From the IMG/VR virus record IMGVR_UViG_3300032288_003197, positions 1-64,000 of that record: 64,000 nucleotides of DNA; one strand, 5' to 3'. This document shows positions 15,135 through 24,896 of the stretch, piece after piece. The translations under genes were made by a program, and so were the position numbers. Within the stretch, counting starts at the first letter, position 1, and each line of letters starts with the position of its first letter. A model generated the notes under the pieces. The model was given only the letters and a program-made list of their open reading frames with translations, made no database searches and had not been told where the DNA came from. This stretch comes from a virus.

Positions 15135-15399
15135 GTAGGTCTCCTTTGAGGCTGTGCCAAAGTTTGGGATCGGTGCCCAAGTAAATTTTATATTTGACAT
15201 AGTTTCGCCACCTGGTATAGCGATTGACCAGATGTTCTACCCAATTAAACATCCTGTCTCTGAACCACAGCGGGTTCAAAACGGCTGTGAGCAACATCAC
15301 AAACAAAAAAGGCACGGACACAACAACCGATGCCCAGTGAAAAGTCATGGCCTGATAGTAACGCCCACCTTCGGGGGTGAGTGTGATTTCTTTGTTCAT
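15127..15399 (-). CDS. small membrane protein
   Basis: Hydrophobic segment; coupled ORF. Confidence 0.65.
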   Translation of the reverse strand: MNKEITLTPEGGRYYQAMTFHWASVVVSVPFLFVMLLTAVLNPLWFRDRMFNWVEHLVNRYTRWRNYVKYKIYLGTDPKLWHSLKGDLHE

Positions 15400-15593
15400 T
15401 GCTGCACCTTTCTACATTCAAAGACGCCAGGCACCATTCTATTTTCTCGGACCATTTGGTCCATGTTTGCAACCAAGGAGGCCTTGACCTTTTCGCACTC
15501 TGCCACCTCACGAAACCGACTGATGTGTTCCGTGTGAGAACCTGCTGGGCCAGCCCGGGTCAAAATCAAAACAGTAAAGATCAGTTCGTACAT
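15396..15593 (-). CDS. small secreted/membrane protein
   Basis: Uses the repeat-derived GGAG RBS; two Cys. Confidence 0.6.
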   Translation of the reverse strand: MYELIFTVLILTRAGPAGSHTEHISRFREVAECEKVKASLVANMDQMVRENRMVPGVFECRKVQQ

Positions 15594-15802
15594 TCTTCAA
15601 CTCCGAAATGTTTTTTGATAGCATCGCCTTCTTCGCTTCTTTCAAAATCTTCTGCGTCAGGATAACGATCAAAGTAAATTTTGTTACAGATATCAGCACA
15701 TTCCCGCACAATCAACTCGGCGAACTTTTCTAACTTTGGGTGATGTTCTAACAACCATTCTATGTCAGCCTGTTCTGCAAGTTCTTTAATTCGTTCGTTC
15801 AT
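15581..15802 (-). CDS. MNERI-family mini-protein
   Basis: MNERIKELAEQA...EKFAELIVRECA...IKKHFGVEE. Confidence 0.8.
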   Translation of the reverse strand: MNERIKELAEQADIEWLLEHHPKLEKFAELIVRECADICNKIYFDRYPDAEDFERSEEGDAIKKHFGVEECTN

Positions 15803-15996
15803 TCTTCAACTCCGAAATGTTCTCGAATCTCTTCGTAAATGTCTAATGCATCGTGTTCAGCGGCAACATTGGCACATTCCCTCACAATCAGTTCAGCGAA
15901 CTTTTCTACGGTATATTCCCACTTGTATCTTTCCTTGCCTAGACCATATACATCTAAGTTGGATTCTCTAACAAGTTCTTTAATTCGTTCGTTCAC
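15799..15996 (-). CDS. MNERI-family mini-protein
   Basis: Same conserved blocks. Confidence 0.8.
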   Translation of the reverse strand: MNERIKELVRESNLDVYGLGKERYKWEYTVEKFAELIVRECANVAAEHDALDIYEEIREHFGVEE

Positions 15997-16187
15997 TCTT
16001 CAACTCCGAACCAAACCAACACATCTGCTCGGCCAGTGAATACCATCCAAGCGGCAGTTATTCTTTTTCGTAGATTTATTCCTGGCCATGACATAGGTCT
16101 TGCCTGAGTCCATAATCCATTTTTTCCGGCGGATTGAACATCCCAACATTTGATTTGGTCCGCAGAATATACCATAGGTGTTCTCAT
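15993..16187 (-). CDS. hypothetical protein with FGVEE tail
   Basis: Unrelated body, shared C-terminal repeat. Confidence 0.7.
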   Translation of the reverse strand: MRTPMVYSADQIKCWDVQSAGKNGLWTQARPMSWPGINLRKRITAAWMVFTGRADVLVWFGVEE

Positions 16188-16420
16188 TCTTCAACTCCGA
16201 AATGTTGTTTAATCAAATCATATGCTTGACCACGGCTAACCATGTCACGTAGCATAGGACTCAATGCTACACCACATTCCCGAACAATCAACTCAATCAA
16301 ACCGTCAACTTCTTCTCGATACATGAAATAGTGGTCATCTTCTACTGTTTCACCATACGAATTGAAGTAATCTCGGCAATAATGCTGTTTTAGGTATGCT
16401 TCAATATGTTCAATCATCAT
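16184..16420 (-). CDS. MNERI-related mini-protein with different N-terminus
   Basis: ELIVREC...IKQHFGVEE. Confidence 0.75.
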   Translation of the reverse strand: MMIEHIEAYLKQHYCRDYFNSYGETVEDDHYFMYREEVDGLIELIVRECGVALSPMLRDMVSRGQAYDLIKQHFGVEE

Positions 16421-16677
16421 TCAACTCCGAAATGTTCTTTGATCGTATCGCCACACGAATAAGCAGTATCTCTACCATCAGCATCATTGTATCCTGCTCT
16501 AACTGCCGCAATACCTGCACAAACTTCTACACATTCTGCCACAATCAACTCGGCGAACTTTTCAAACCGAATTTTATCCCACGTTTGAATATTAAACCCT
16601 TCTTCGGGTGTGTATGTATGTGTCTTGTCGGCATAGTCAATAGCCTCTTGGAAAAGTTCTCGAATTCGTTCGTTCAT
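16417..16677 (-). CDS. MNERI-family mini-protein
   Basis: Same conserved blocks. Confidence 0.8.
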   Translation of the reverse strand: MNERIRELFQEAIDYADKTHTYTPEEGFNIQTWDKIRFEKFAELIVAECVEVCAGIAAVRAGYNDADGRDTAYSCGDTIKEHFGVE

Positions 16678-16955
16678 CGTTCAATCCAATTATAAAAATT
16701 CAATACTTCGTCCACGCTGTTTGCCCACCGATCAAAATCCGACAAAGGGCAACTAACATCCACAAAGAACTCACCCTCATCACCCCACCAACGGAAACGA
16801 TATGCTCGGCCTTTATAATGCGATACAGAACCCATCTTGAAGAAGTCACGAGTTACACTATGTCCACGTTTCTTCAACATAGTTTTGAATTCGCTGGGAC
16901 TCATACCCCATAGTTGCTCTCTTGTTGGCTTGCGGTGTTTATATTTGAACTTCAT
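16674..16955 (-). CDS. hypothetical protein
   Basis: Coupled ORF within the array. Confidence 0.7.
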   Translation of the reverse strand: MKFKYKHRKPTREQLWGMSPSEFKTMLKKRGHSVTRDFFKMGSVSHYKGRAYRFRWWGDEGEFFVDVSCPLSDFDRWANSVDEVLNFYNWIER

Positions 16956-17179
16956 TCTTCAACTCCGAAACGTTTCTTAATCTCAGCCGCAGTCCAACTG
17001 TCTCGGTCATTCAGCCCCGAAGCTGCACTAAACTGTTCGTTAGCAATGTCAGCACATTCCCTTACAATCAACTCGGCGAACTTTTCTTTGAAATTGTCAA
17101 ACCATTCCAATCCCTGTGGTGTCACATACTCCGCATAATCTCTTGCCTGTTCAGCAAGTTCTCGAATTCGTTCATTCAT
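16952..17179 (-). CDS. MNERI-family mini-protein
   Basis: Same conserved blocks. Confidence 0.8.
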   Translation of the reverse strand: MNERIRELAEQARDYAEYVTPQGLEWFDNFKEKFAELIVRECADIANEQFSAASGLNDRDSWTAAEIKKRFGVEE

Positions 17180-17570
17180 AGTCATAGCCTTCAGTCTCGT
17201 AACTGCCGGCGGTTTCAATATGCACATGGCCGAAACGGATCAAGCCATGATCCTCACTGACTTCAAACGGCTGATCAAAATCCACAATGGCGCCCAGACG
17301 TTTGATATCGCGAGTGTTGTCGCGAATGTCGTCTACCAGGATGCAACCAATCAGGCCAGCATCCACTGAGTGGCTGGTGCCAATGTTTGATTGGTATACC
17401 CCGTCGCCATGCGCAGTTCCGAAGCTGGCAAAGCGTCGTCCGTCAGCAAACACAAACTCGCCATCTACACATTGATTGTTGGGCATGGTGATCTCACAGA
17501 ATTCACCCCACTCATCGTGCATCACATAGCACAGGTCACCGATGTAATAACGTCCAGCGGGCATGGTCAT
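17172..17570 (-). CDS. conserved phage hypothetical protein
   Basis: GRYYIGDLCYV, TAHGDG, VDAGLIG. Confidence 0.75.
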   Translation of the reverse strand: MTMPAGRYYIGDLCYVMHDEWGEFCEITMPNNQCVDGEFVFADGRRFASFGTAHGDGVYQSNIGTSHSVDAGLIGCILVDDIRDNTRDIKRLGAIVDFDQPFEVSEDHGLIRFGHVHIETAGSYETEGYDYE

Positions 17571-17572
17571 GA

Positions 17573-17830
17573 TCAACCCCAGTCCTTTTTGTCACCGTGT
17601 TGTTCATTGTAATTGAAGCCTGCGGTGTAGGCCACAATCTGTTCAGCAGTCATGTCGTCCATTTCCACGCGGCGTGAAGAGCCAGTGTCGCCCACATAGA
17701 AGTGTGGATTGTATCCGCGATGGTAATAACTGTCAGCCGAGCCGCGATCAAACGCACCGCCATGCCGGCGATCATACAGTCGGCCGTTGATTTCAATAGA
17801 TTGGTTCATGGTTGCAATTGATTCAGTCAT
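17573..17830 (-). CDS. hypothetical protein
   Basis: AAGGAG RBS; RHGGAFDRGSADSYY. Confidence 0.75.
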   Translation of the reverse strand: MTESIATMNQSIEINGRLYDRRHGGAFDRGSADSYYHRGYNPHFYVGDTGSSRRVEMDDMTAEQIVAYTAGFNYNEQHGDKKDWG

Positions 17831-17840
17831 GTCATACTCC

Positions 17841-18158
17841 TTAAAACGCAAGTTCTTGGGCGGGGAAGCGGATCTTGCCTTCAAACTCCAGCTGATCGCG
17901 CTCAAATTCAGTAAGGTAGTCATCGGCCACCACAGACCAGTGCACAATGCGTTCTTTGAAGGCATCATTGTCCTGTTCGACTTGGCCGCGCACACGATCC
18001 ACGATGATGTCCACCATGTCGCATTCATCCACACTGCGGACCACATAGTCCGAGCCGCCCTTGGCCTTCCAGTAGGCTTCGGCGCCAGTGCCTAGGCTAC
18101 CGTCTTCGCGCCAGGCGTAATTTTCGTAAACTTGAGTGGTGATCAGCAGTTTGGACAT
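17841..18158 (-). CDS. hypothetical protein
   Basis: AAGGAG RBS behind an early promoter. Confidence 0.75.
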   Translation of the reverse strand: MSKLLITTQVYENYAWREDGSLGTGAEAYWKAKGGSDYVVRSVDECDMVDIIVDRVRGQVEQDNDAFKERIVHWSVVADDYLTEFERDQLEFEGKIRFPAQELAF

Positions 18159-18187
18159 TTGGGCTCCTTGTTACTTTCTATGCTTCT

Positions 18188-18218
18188 ATTATAGCAAAAT
18201 GGGAATTATTGGTCAACC
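18188..18218 (-). promoter_or_regulatory. early sigma70 promoter
   Basis: GGTTGACC-N-TGCTATAAT with 17-nt spacer; near-identical copy at 18564-18594. Confidence 0.8.
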
Positions 18219-18557
18219 GATTTCTACGCCGCGCATGTCGGTGTTCAAGTTGGGGCAGTGCGCACGGATCAAATCACGCTCAAACGTGTGTGCTAAAGTT
18301 TTACCGCGCAACACAGCCAAGACGCTGACAGTGAACGCCTGGGTACCACGCTCGCGCAGGGCTTCATACAGTGCCCAGCTCTTGTCCTCGCTACGTGAGC
18401 GGTACAGGTGCTTGCGGCAACGAGTCATCACGCTGAGTTTAACAGTCGAAGCAGTCTTGGCAGTGACACCGATGTAGAAGTCCGAGCCCGAAGTCAGCAT
18501 GTAAACAATGTGGGTACGATCCGAGCGCTTCTTGCGTGACTGCTTTTTAAGTTCCAT
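18213..18557 (-). CDS. GIY-YIG-like endonuclease
   Basis: IVYMLT...FYIGVT...R...E...N; leaderless behind the promoter at 18564-18594. Confidence 0.75.
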   Translation of the reverse strand: MELKKQSRKKRSDRTHIVYMLTSGSDFYIGVTAKTASTVKLSVMTRCRKHLYRSRSEDKSWALYEALRERGTQAFTVSVLAVLRGKTLAHTFERDLIRAHCPNLNTDMRGVEIG

Positions 18558-18597
18558 ACAAGTATTATAGCAAAAAGGGAAATTCTGGTCAACCGTT

Positions 18598-18963
18598 TTA
18601 GTACCGTTGTAAACTTGCCACAAATCGGTTGACATCATTATACAGGGCATACATGGTGGCTTCTTTACTGGCAAAGAAGCATAGTTTGGAACGCTTGCCT
18701 GCTTTGATATAGTAAGGTGCAGTAAGTTTGCGGTCCAACATCAACAGTATTCTAGGAATGGCTTGAATAGCTACCTCGGTTTCAAAATCCCAGTGTTCGA
18801 GTTTGTATTGCTCAAATGCTTCAAACCCAACAGAGGAAAGCCGCCAGCCACCATCAGGATTTTGCCACCATTCTCTCATGGCTTCTTCCACGGTCCATAT
18901 GTCAGACTGTGCTACTAAATTTTTTGTGAATTTTGTTTTATTGGGCACTAACTGCAAATTCAA
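18598..18963 (-). CDS. hypothetical protein
   Basis: ORF in operon; start uncertain. Confidence 0.7.
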   Translation of the reverse strand: MNLQLVPNKTKFTKNLVAQSDIWTVEEAMREWWQNPDGGWRLSSVGFEAFEQYKLEHWDFETEVAIQAIPRILLMLDRKLTAPYYIKAGKRSKLCFFASKEATMYALYNDVNRFVASLQRY

Positions 18964-19247
18964 GGGAATATCTGAGTCCCAGCAGTCATTAAAACAACCG
19001 TGAACTTGTCGGTCTTGAATTGAACGTTTAGTTTCCGGGCTAAGTTGATTGCGTGGCCTTTGTTTGAAAACGAAACTTTTTTGTATTTGGGTCCAGGGTA
19101 TTGTGTGAGCATGTTTGATGTTTTTAAGTTGATGGGCTTGGTATCAAAAAACACAGCCCACACTCCCTCGGAGGCCAACACTTGCTCGGTCTTGTAAGTT
19201 GCTTTGTCAGTGTGCTCGATCAGCACCGTTGGCTTGGGTCTACTCAT
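18960..19247 (-). CDS. conserved phage hypothetical protein
   Basis: GGAG RBS; PGPKYKKVSFSN. Confidence 0.75.
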   Translation of the reverse strand: MSRPKPTVLIEHTDKATYKTEQVLASEGVWAVFFDTKPINLKTSNMLTQYPGPKYKKVSFSNKGHAINLARKLNVQFKTDKFTVVLMTAGTQIFP

Positions 19248-19278
19248 CGTTATCTCCGTAGTTTATTTATCTCAAAAA

Positions 19279-19488
19279 CTACGTGCTTTTAAAACCACCA
19301 CCACTCATCTCCACTGTGACAGTTTCTTCGCGACTGACCGAATTGCGCATACTTTCCAAGGTCAACAACAGTTTGGTAATGTCCCCGTGTAGGTCTTTGG
19401 CATCACGCAAGGTCATTGTGAGATCACGTTGGCCACGACTTTCTGCAGCCTTGATTGTATCCACAAAACGATTGATATGCAGACTCAT
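19279..19488 (-). CDS. hypothetical protein
   Basis: ORF in operon. Confidence 0.7.
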   Translation of the reverse strand: MSLHINRFVDTIKAAESRGQRDLTMTLRDAKDLHGDITKLLLTLESMRNSVSREETVTVEMSGGGFKST

Positions 19489-19489
19489 T

Positions 19490-19873
19490 TCAAGAAAATT
19501 TCTTCATGAAATGTGTTTTACTGAGATACTGCTCAAGTTCAGGTGGAGTCCATCCCTGTGGCTTGAGTACTTTGCCATCTTCACGTTTACGAACCTTGCC
19601 GGTGTCTCGATCGATCTTGGCAAAGTTTGTGCGCATGACTTCTTTCCAGGCACCTTCGCCGTCTGCACCCAGGCTGTGAATAGCACCAATTGTGACCACC
19701 AAGATGTCAATCAGGGCATCTAAGTCGTCTTTGGCTGTGGTGCTGGCCACAAGTTCATCAAATTCTTCTCTAATGAGGTTACAATACATTTGGTATTGTT
19801 GTTCATTGAACTCGCCTGTGGTTTGATCACAGGCCTTCATGAATTTTTCTTGATCACGAAACGGATTGGTCAT
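19490..19873 (-). CDS. MazG-like / PRA-PH nucleotide pyrophosphohydrolase
   Basis: LIREEFDEL...DALIDILVV...EVMRTNFAK...REDGKVLKP. Confidence 0.85.
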   Translation of the reverse strand: MTNPFRDQEKFMKACDQTTGEFNEQQYQMYCNLIREEFDELVASTTAKDDLDALIDILVVTIGAIHSLGADGEGAWKEVMRTNFAKIDRDTGKVRKREDGKVLKPQGWTPPELEQYLSKTHFMKKFS

Positions 19874-20306
19874 TGGCTTGCTCTTGAGTTTGAAAAGGAC
19901 CTTGGTAAGCATACCGCTCCAAGGCAATAAGTTTGGGGTGTTGTACCACTCGCCACTTGCGATGTTGTTTGACTCGGTACCAGCCTGCAGCGAACCAGGA
20001 CTTGGATTTTTCTTCTCTAGTAAACAACGGTAATTTATGTTTGACATCCCACAGTGGATTGAATACCGCACCCATGACCTCGTGTCCATATACCAGATTT
20101 GCCGGCTGCGGTGTTGCTGTTTCGGCTGGCTCGAATTGGATGTTTATGGCATCGCGAGCCATTTTAATGGTTTGATATTTTGCTACACTGTCTAGGATTT
20201 TTATAGTACAGTTGCCGTTGTCAGCAACTTCAAGTTGGCCAATCTTGCGATTATCCTTCTTGAGGATCCAATACTGATTCTCTACTATGGGTTTGGCTAG
20301 TATCAT
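19854..20306 (-). CDS. conserved phage hypothetical protein
   Basis: AGGAG RBS. Confidence 0.75.
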   Translation of the reverse strand: MILAKPIVENQYWILKKDNRKIGQLEVADNGNCTIKILDSVAKYQTIKMARDAINIQFEPAETATPQPANLVYGHEVMGAVFNPLWDVKHKLPLFTREEKSKSWFAAGWYRVKQHRKWRVVQHPKLIALERYAYQGPFQTQEQANDQSVS

Positions 20307-21300
20307 CTAGTACTCCTTTATATGTTTCGTTGAGCCATCGACTGACTTGTTCGGCGTTCTCACTGAGTTTGGTCAACTCATACCGGCCACAGAATCGCAT
20401 GAAGTGAACTCCAACTTGTCCAACATCCTTGTGACTGATTTGTTCACGAATGCAACCATCTACTACGGCCTTGACGTCATCTGGCTGTGCAGTGAGGTCA
20501 ACCAAGGTACGATTGCGTTCGTAATCATCTTTCACACGATGTTCCGCACCATTGTGGTCGGTCCAACGTTGTAGCATCAGGTTGTTCCAGTTGTAGCCTT
20601 TATTACCGCGATCCGCGTAGGCTTCACGGAGACCAACCTTATTCTTTGTGCCTTTTTCACGTACTCCCGGATAAGCACTAAACACATTGTCGGAGGTGTC
20701 CCCACGCATGCACTTTTCAAACAGTAGCCATTGCGGGTCCGGAGTGGTTTTTGGTTGTTTAGTTTTCTTATCAAGGACAGGGTTACCTTTGGCATCAAAT
20801 ATACCTTCCAGGGTCAATAGTTCGTCTGTGATACCGTTGTACTGTTGCACATTGGCGGCCAGCAACTGCACAAAATCTGTGTCCGAGCTTACAATGGTGT
20901 GTTCATCTTGGGGGTGTAGAGCAATCCAACGTGCAATGATGTCATCTGCTTCAGCAGTGGCGCAACGCACAACGCTACAGTTTGTTCGAGTAGACAAGTA
21001 TTTAGTCAGCTCATCATAGGTTTCCCAGAACAACCGGTCTTCTTCTGCTTCGGTTTCGCTCATGGCCCCACGTGCTACAGCACGGTTTTTCTTGTAGGGT
21101 TCGTAGAAGTCCTTGCGCCAGCTACGCCCTTCTAGTGCAAAAATCACATGATCTGCTTGGAAGCGTCGGGCCACTTTGTTGGCAGCCATGATGGTCACAT
21201 GCAGGGCAAAGCCCAATTTGGTCCATGTGTCACTGGCACGATGTGCACTGTGCCTGGCACGGAAAAACATGTTGGCAGTGTCAATCAGCAGATATTTCAT
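20251..21300 (-). CDS. 5'-3' exonuclease / T4 RNase H-like flap nuclease
   Basis: LLID, YKKNR, EADD, SSDTDF, GDTSDN. Confidence 0.92.
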   Translation of the reverse strand: MKYLLIDTANMFFRARHSAHRASDTWTKLGFALHVTIMAANKVARRFQADHVIFALEGRSWRKDFYEPYKKNRAVARGAMSETEAEEDRLFWETYDELTKYLSTRTNCSVVRCATAEADDIIARWIALHPQDEHTIVSSDTDFVQLLAANVQQYNGITDELLTLEGIFDAKGNPVLDKKTKQPKTTPDPQWLLFEKCMRGDTSDNVFSAYPGVREKGTKNKVGLREAYADRGNKGYNWNNLMLQRWTDHNGAEHRVKDDYERNRTLVDLTAQPDDVKAVVDGCIREQISHKDVGQVGVHFMRFCGRYELTKLSENAEQVSRWLNETYKGVLDDTSQTHSRESVLDPQEG

Positions 21301-22006
21301 TGGGCGCAATCAGATTGTTGTCGTTGATGTATTGTAACACATAGTTGGCCCAAAAGCAATGGGCATCAGCACCAAAATGGTAACTTTTGGGGTTGACATA
21401 TTCAAAACCGTTGTTTCTACACACAGCACTATAGGAATGATCTATGGAATAAGGTTGGATATACGAAATCCCCCAATCCCGATCTGCTGGCAATTCACTG
21501 AATGTACTGTGTCCGTTGAAGAACAAGTGTGGTATCTGAAGGTGGATCAACTCTTGATGGAAATCCCAAATTCGGTCATGTGCTCTGCGAGTGGCCACTT
21601 TCCAATCCACATCAATCACATACTGCTTGTACCTATCGCGTAGCTCAGGTGGAACTATATCCCAGCCACTGGCGTTGACTTGATACCAGATGCCATTGTG
21701 TAACCACTCCTCGCGTTCCCAAGTTGACCACTGTATGATCATAAAAGTGTTGGATAGTTTATCTGGATTGTTTGTGATCCAATCACGTGTGGTACGAATC
21801 ATGCGGTCATTGCTACTGGCCGATTCTGCATCACAATACATTTCAACACCAAGTTGTTGGGCCAATTTGGTACACCAACTCACTGCTAGATTTGCTGGAT
21901 GCGGCCTACGATCTATGCCATTCTGACCGTCATCTACAGCAAATGCTTCTTTGACTGCGGCTTCTGCAGCCGCGGTATGGCTACAGCCATTAACGTATAG
22001 TATCAT
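21281..22006 (-). CDS. SGNH-like hypothetical protein
   Basis: NGCSHT block and C-terminal H. Confidence 0.55.
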   Translation of the reverse strand: MILYVNGCSHTAAAEAAVKEAFAVDDGQNGIDRRPHPANLAVSWCTKLAQQLGVEMYCDAESASSNDRMIRTTRDWITNNPDKLSNTFMIIQWSTWEREEWLHNGIWYQVNASGWDIVPPELRDRYKQYVIDVDWKVATRRAHDRIWDFHQELIHLQIPHLFFNGHSTFSELPADRDWGISYIQPYSIDHSYSAVCRNNGFEYVNPKSYHFGADAHCFWANYVLQYINDNNLIAPNEISAD

Positions 22007-22242
22007 TTTTTATAGACTGGATTGGGTACTTCTAGTTCAAACACATGATATTCGCTGAACCCTGAGTCTGTGTTTTTGAGCAGCTCTAATGTTCTTAATT
22101 GTTCAGCTTCTTCTCGACTGCCATAAAATCCTGCACCAAATGTAACGCTGCTACCGCTGCCATACACATAGCTCATTTGAAGTCCGGTCTGTTTGATTAC
22201 AGCATAGACCTTGAATGTGGGCAAGGGTTTAAGTGGTTCCAT
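22003..22242 (-). CDS. hypothetical protein
   Basis: Coupled ORF. Confidence 0.6.
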   Translation of the reverse strand: MEPLKPLPTFKVYAVIKQTGLQMSYVYGSGSSVTFGAGFYGSREEAEQLRTLELLKNTDSGFSEYHVFELEVPNPVYKK

Positions 22243-22711
22243 CTTTCAACACCTTGAATGTTTCTGCAGCCACCACACGTTTGCGCAGGCTTGAACTGGA
22301 GAAGCTGTGATCTCGACGGTTGAAAACAAGTTCGATACCTCTCTCCCCACATTCATACCTTCCAGAGAAATCTTTGTTTTCGTACTCTACTCCTAGGATG
22401 CGCACATCCACAGGTAATATCAACAATAGGTCACAGAGATCTTGTTCGGTTTGGTACACAACAACTTCATCCACATAACGGCATGCTGCCAACTGAATTT
22501 GTCGCTCCACCACACTTTGAATAGGTTTGTTTTTGGTGTCAGGTCTATCGATAGTTGGGTCAGTTTGTAGTCCTGCGATGAGATAATCACAGTGATTTTT
22601 GGCTTCTGATAGCATTGCAATATGACCTGCATGCAACATGTCAAAGGTCGAGAATGTGATGCCAATTTTCTTACCGTCTGCTTTGAGCTTTTTGATGTGA
22701 TTAAAGATCAT
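22229..22711 (-). CDS. TagD-like cytidylyltransferase
   Basis: FDMLHAGH, RDHSFSSS. Confidence 0.9.
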   Translation of the reverse strand: MIFNHIKKLKADGKKIGITFSTFDMLHAGHIAMLSEAKNHCDYLIAGLQTDPTIDRPDTKNKPIQSVVERQIQLAACRYVDEVVVYQTEQDLCDLLLILPVDVRILGVEYENKDFSGRYECGERGIELVFNRRDHSFSSSSLRKRVVAAETFKVLKDGTT

Positions 22712-23112
22712 GATACTTCGCTCCGCCCCCCACCAATGTCGCGGGTACTGACATATTGACTACTGTATTTTTGTATGGCTTGTTCTTGTTCCCAAGTTTC
22801 CATCACAACATGCCTGCAGATATTTTGGAACCAGCGATCCACAATGTCTGCATCAGTGTCCGTGGGTTTCATCATGTAGCCAGCTTTGACCAGTCGTGCT
22901 ACAAAAATCTCATTCCAGTCCAATTCAAATGCGCCCTGATGCAGATTACTGGGATCAATGTCCATCTTGACAATGCTCACATACGGTTCATTGTTTTCTG
23001 TGGCTAGCTCTTTTTCGGTTTTCTCTGGTGCCCGTGGTTTGGGTTCAGATTTGACCTTGACTGGTTCAGGTTTTTTTCTAAAGCGATCAAATATCCCCAT
23101 TAGGTTCCCCAT
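22708..23112 (-). CDS. conserved phage hypothetical protein
   Basis: FELDWN; coupled ORF. Confidence 0.7.
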   Translation of the reverse strand: MGNLMGIFDRFRKKPEPVKVKSEPKPRAPEKTEKELATENNEPYVSIVKMDIDPSNLHQGAFELDWNEIFVARLVKAGYMMKPTDTDADIVDRWFQNICRHVVMETWEQEQAIQKYSSQYVSTRDIGGGRSEVS

Positions 23113-23936
23113 TCATTCTTGAAGAGTGGCACTTGAAGTCGATCACTGTACCGCCATCCTTTTCGCATTGCCATTTCTGCCACTGCACGATTGTTAAGGG
23201 TATACACCCGCTCAACACCACCAACGGGCATAATATAAACAGGACCCGTAAAACCTGCCGCACGATATTCATCAACAGCTCGTTCCGCATCATGGAGATC
23301 CTCCTCAGTGGACACAACAAACTTTAGATATGTATATCCAACATCTTGATATTCGCAAACAATTTCTGGACAGATAGCATCTTCCCACCGCTCACCACTG
23401 CATGGAAGTTTGGCGCTTACGCTGAATGTGATTTCTCGCCCTACCTTGTTCCAGTCTTGCAAGTAATTTTTGAACTCTGGTGAGAGTTTTTGAGTGCCAT
23501 TGGTTTCAAACGTAATCTCTGTTAGCTCACGCATGTCTGGATGATCCAACAAGTCTGGATAAGAACGTTGCCAACCCAACAATGGTTCACCACCTGTGAT
23601 TACTAGATGTTCGTCCCGCCATTTCTTGTGCGGTAGCGAATCCACAACAGCAAGGGCAACCGCATCAGTATCAAGAACGGGAGATAAATGACGAAAGCGA
23701 GGATCCCAACTAGCGTAACTATCACAACCTGTACTAACCAAAGGAAGAGACTTGTACTCGGTGTACTGATCAGGGTCAATATTGTTTGCTTCATTGCTTA
23801 GTTCTCCACGAGACATGCCAAAACCTGCACACTTGAAGTTGCAGCCAAAAACACGCAAGAATACACTGGGCACCCCCATGTAACGACCTTCGCCTTGAAT
23901 TGAATAAAATAGTTCTGCTACCTTGAGTTTAGACAT
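23100..23936 (-). CDS. queE: 7-carboxy-7-deazaguanine synthase (radical SAM)
   Basis: ELFYSIQGEG, CNFKC...CDS, ITGGEP, ETNGT. Confidence 0.92.
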   Translation of the reverse strand: MSKLKVAELFYSIQGEGRYMGVPSVFLRVFGCNFKCAGFGMSRGELSNEANNIDPDQYTEYKSLPLVSTGCDSYASWDPRFRHLSPVLDTDAVALAVVDSLPHKKWRDEHLVITGGEPLLGWQRSYPDLLDHPDMRELTEITFETNGTQKLSPEFKNYLQDWNKVGREITFSVSAKLPCSGERWEDAICPEIVCEYQDVGYTYLKFVVSTEEDLHDAERAVDEYRAAGFTGPVYIMPVGGVERVYTLNNRAVAEMAMRKGWRYSDRLQVPLFKNEWGT

Positions 23937-23999
23937 CTGTATCCTTTGTTGTATGCCCTGCTATTGTACATGAAATCAGCACAATCTGCAACACGCACA

Positions 24000-24896
24000 C
24001 TAGGCAATTTGGCCAATTGACTTTTGCACACCCGATTCAAACGACATGGGATTGTAGTCGGGCATGATGCTTTTGAGTTTTGATATATTGGGTCTACGGT
24101 TGGCTGTGCTTCCAGGTTTGCCGGGAGTGGTTTCCCAGTCAGCGTTGGGATGGCCCAAGGCAGTGGCAATGATTTTGGCTGCATCCATGATGGTGATTTC
24201 TCGGTCATTACCGATATTGATCACATCACGAGTTTGTGTTTCGGCACAGTAGATACTGGCTCTCACAGCATCTTCCACATGACAGAAACTTCTGGTCTCG
24301 TTGGCACCAAAGCACTCGAAGCGACCTGCTTTTATTTTTGTAATCTGATCGGCCAAGAAGTGTCCGGCCTTGCTGTTCTCTCCGTACACATTGAAATAAC
24401 GCAACATCACATAGGGCAAGTTGCTGTTGGCCAGGTAATTTTCACTGCATACCTTGGCCAGTCTGTAACTCCAGCGAGCATTGTGAATGTCTCGGATAGC
24501 AATGTCTGAGTGTTCAGGAACCGGGCTCACAGGATCGTCACTGACAATTTCGCTACTGCTGGCATACACAATTTTTTTAAGACCGGGCAACCGGGCAGCC
24601 CATTCAAACACATTGATGTCACACACAAAGTTATTGCGTAGCACTTGGTTGGGACGCTCATAAAAGTTTTTGGTACCATTGATAGCACCATAGTGATAGA
24701 TGTAGTCAAAGTCTTGCGGCAACCGGCTCAAAGCCGTGGGGTCGTTCAAGTCCATGGGCCGGAATTCATCACAGGGAGGTATGGTGCTACTACGACTGTG
24801 ATTGTCAACAGCCCACACTGTGTGGCCGCTGTTTTTGAGTTGTCTACAGATTTCAGTGCCCAACAATCCACTGGCACCAGTTACTAAAATTTTCAT
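24000..24896 (-). CDS. NAD-dependent epimerase/dehydratase (UDP-glucuronate decarboxylase-like)
   Basis: TGASGLLG, ASSSE, YRLAK, RYFNVYG. Confidence 0.9.
   Translation of the reverse strand: MKILVTGASGLLGTEICRQLKNSGHTVWAVDNHSRSSTIPPCDEFRPMDLNDPTALSRLPQDFDYIYHYGAINGTKNFYERPNQVLRNNFVCDINVFEWAARLPGLKKIVYASSSEIVSDDPVSPVPEHSDIAIRDIHNARWSYRLAKVCSENYLANSNLPYVMLRYFNVYGENSKAGHFLADQITKIKAGRFECFGANETRSFCHVEDAVRASIYCAETQTRDVINIGNDREITIMDAAKIIATALGHPNADWETTPGKPGSTANRRPNISKLKSIMPDYNPMSFESGVQKSIGQIA

Larger units (their letters stand above)
15593..17179 (-). repeat. six dispersed copies of junction repeat TTCGGAGTTGAA(GA)ATG
   Basis: Copies near 15593, 15803, 15997, 16187, 16420, 16955; each supplies FGVE(E) plus RBS and start of the next gene. 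Confidence 0.85.

Noticed and set aside
15593-16971. CRISPR array
   Set aside because: Repeats are short, irregularly spaced (about 190-535 nt) and in-frame parts of coding genes; no cas genes
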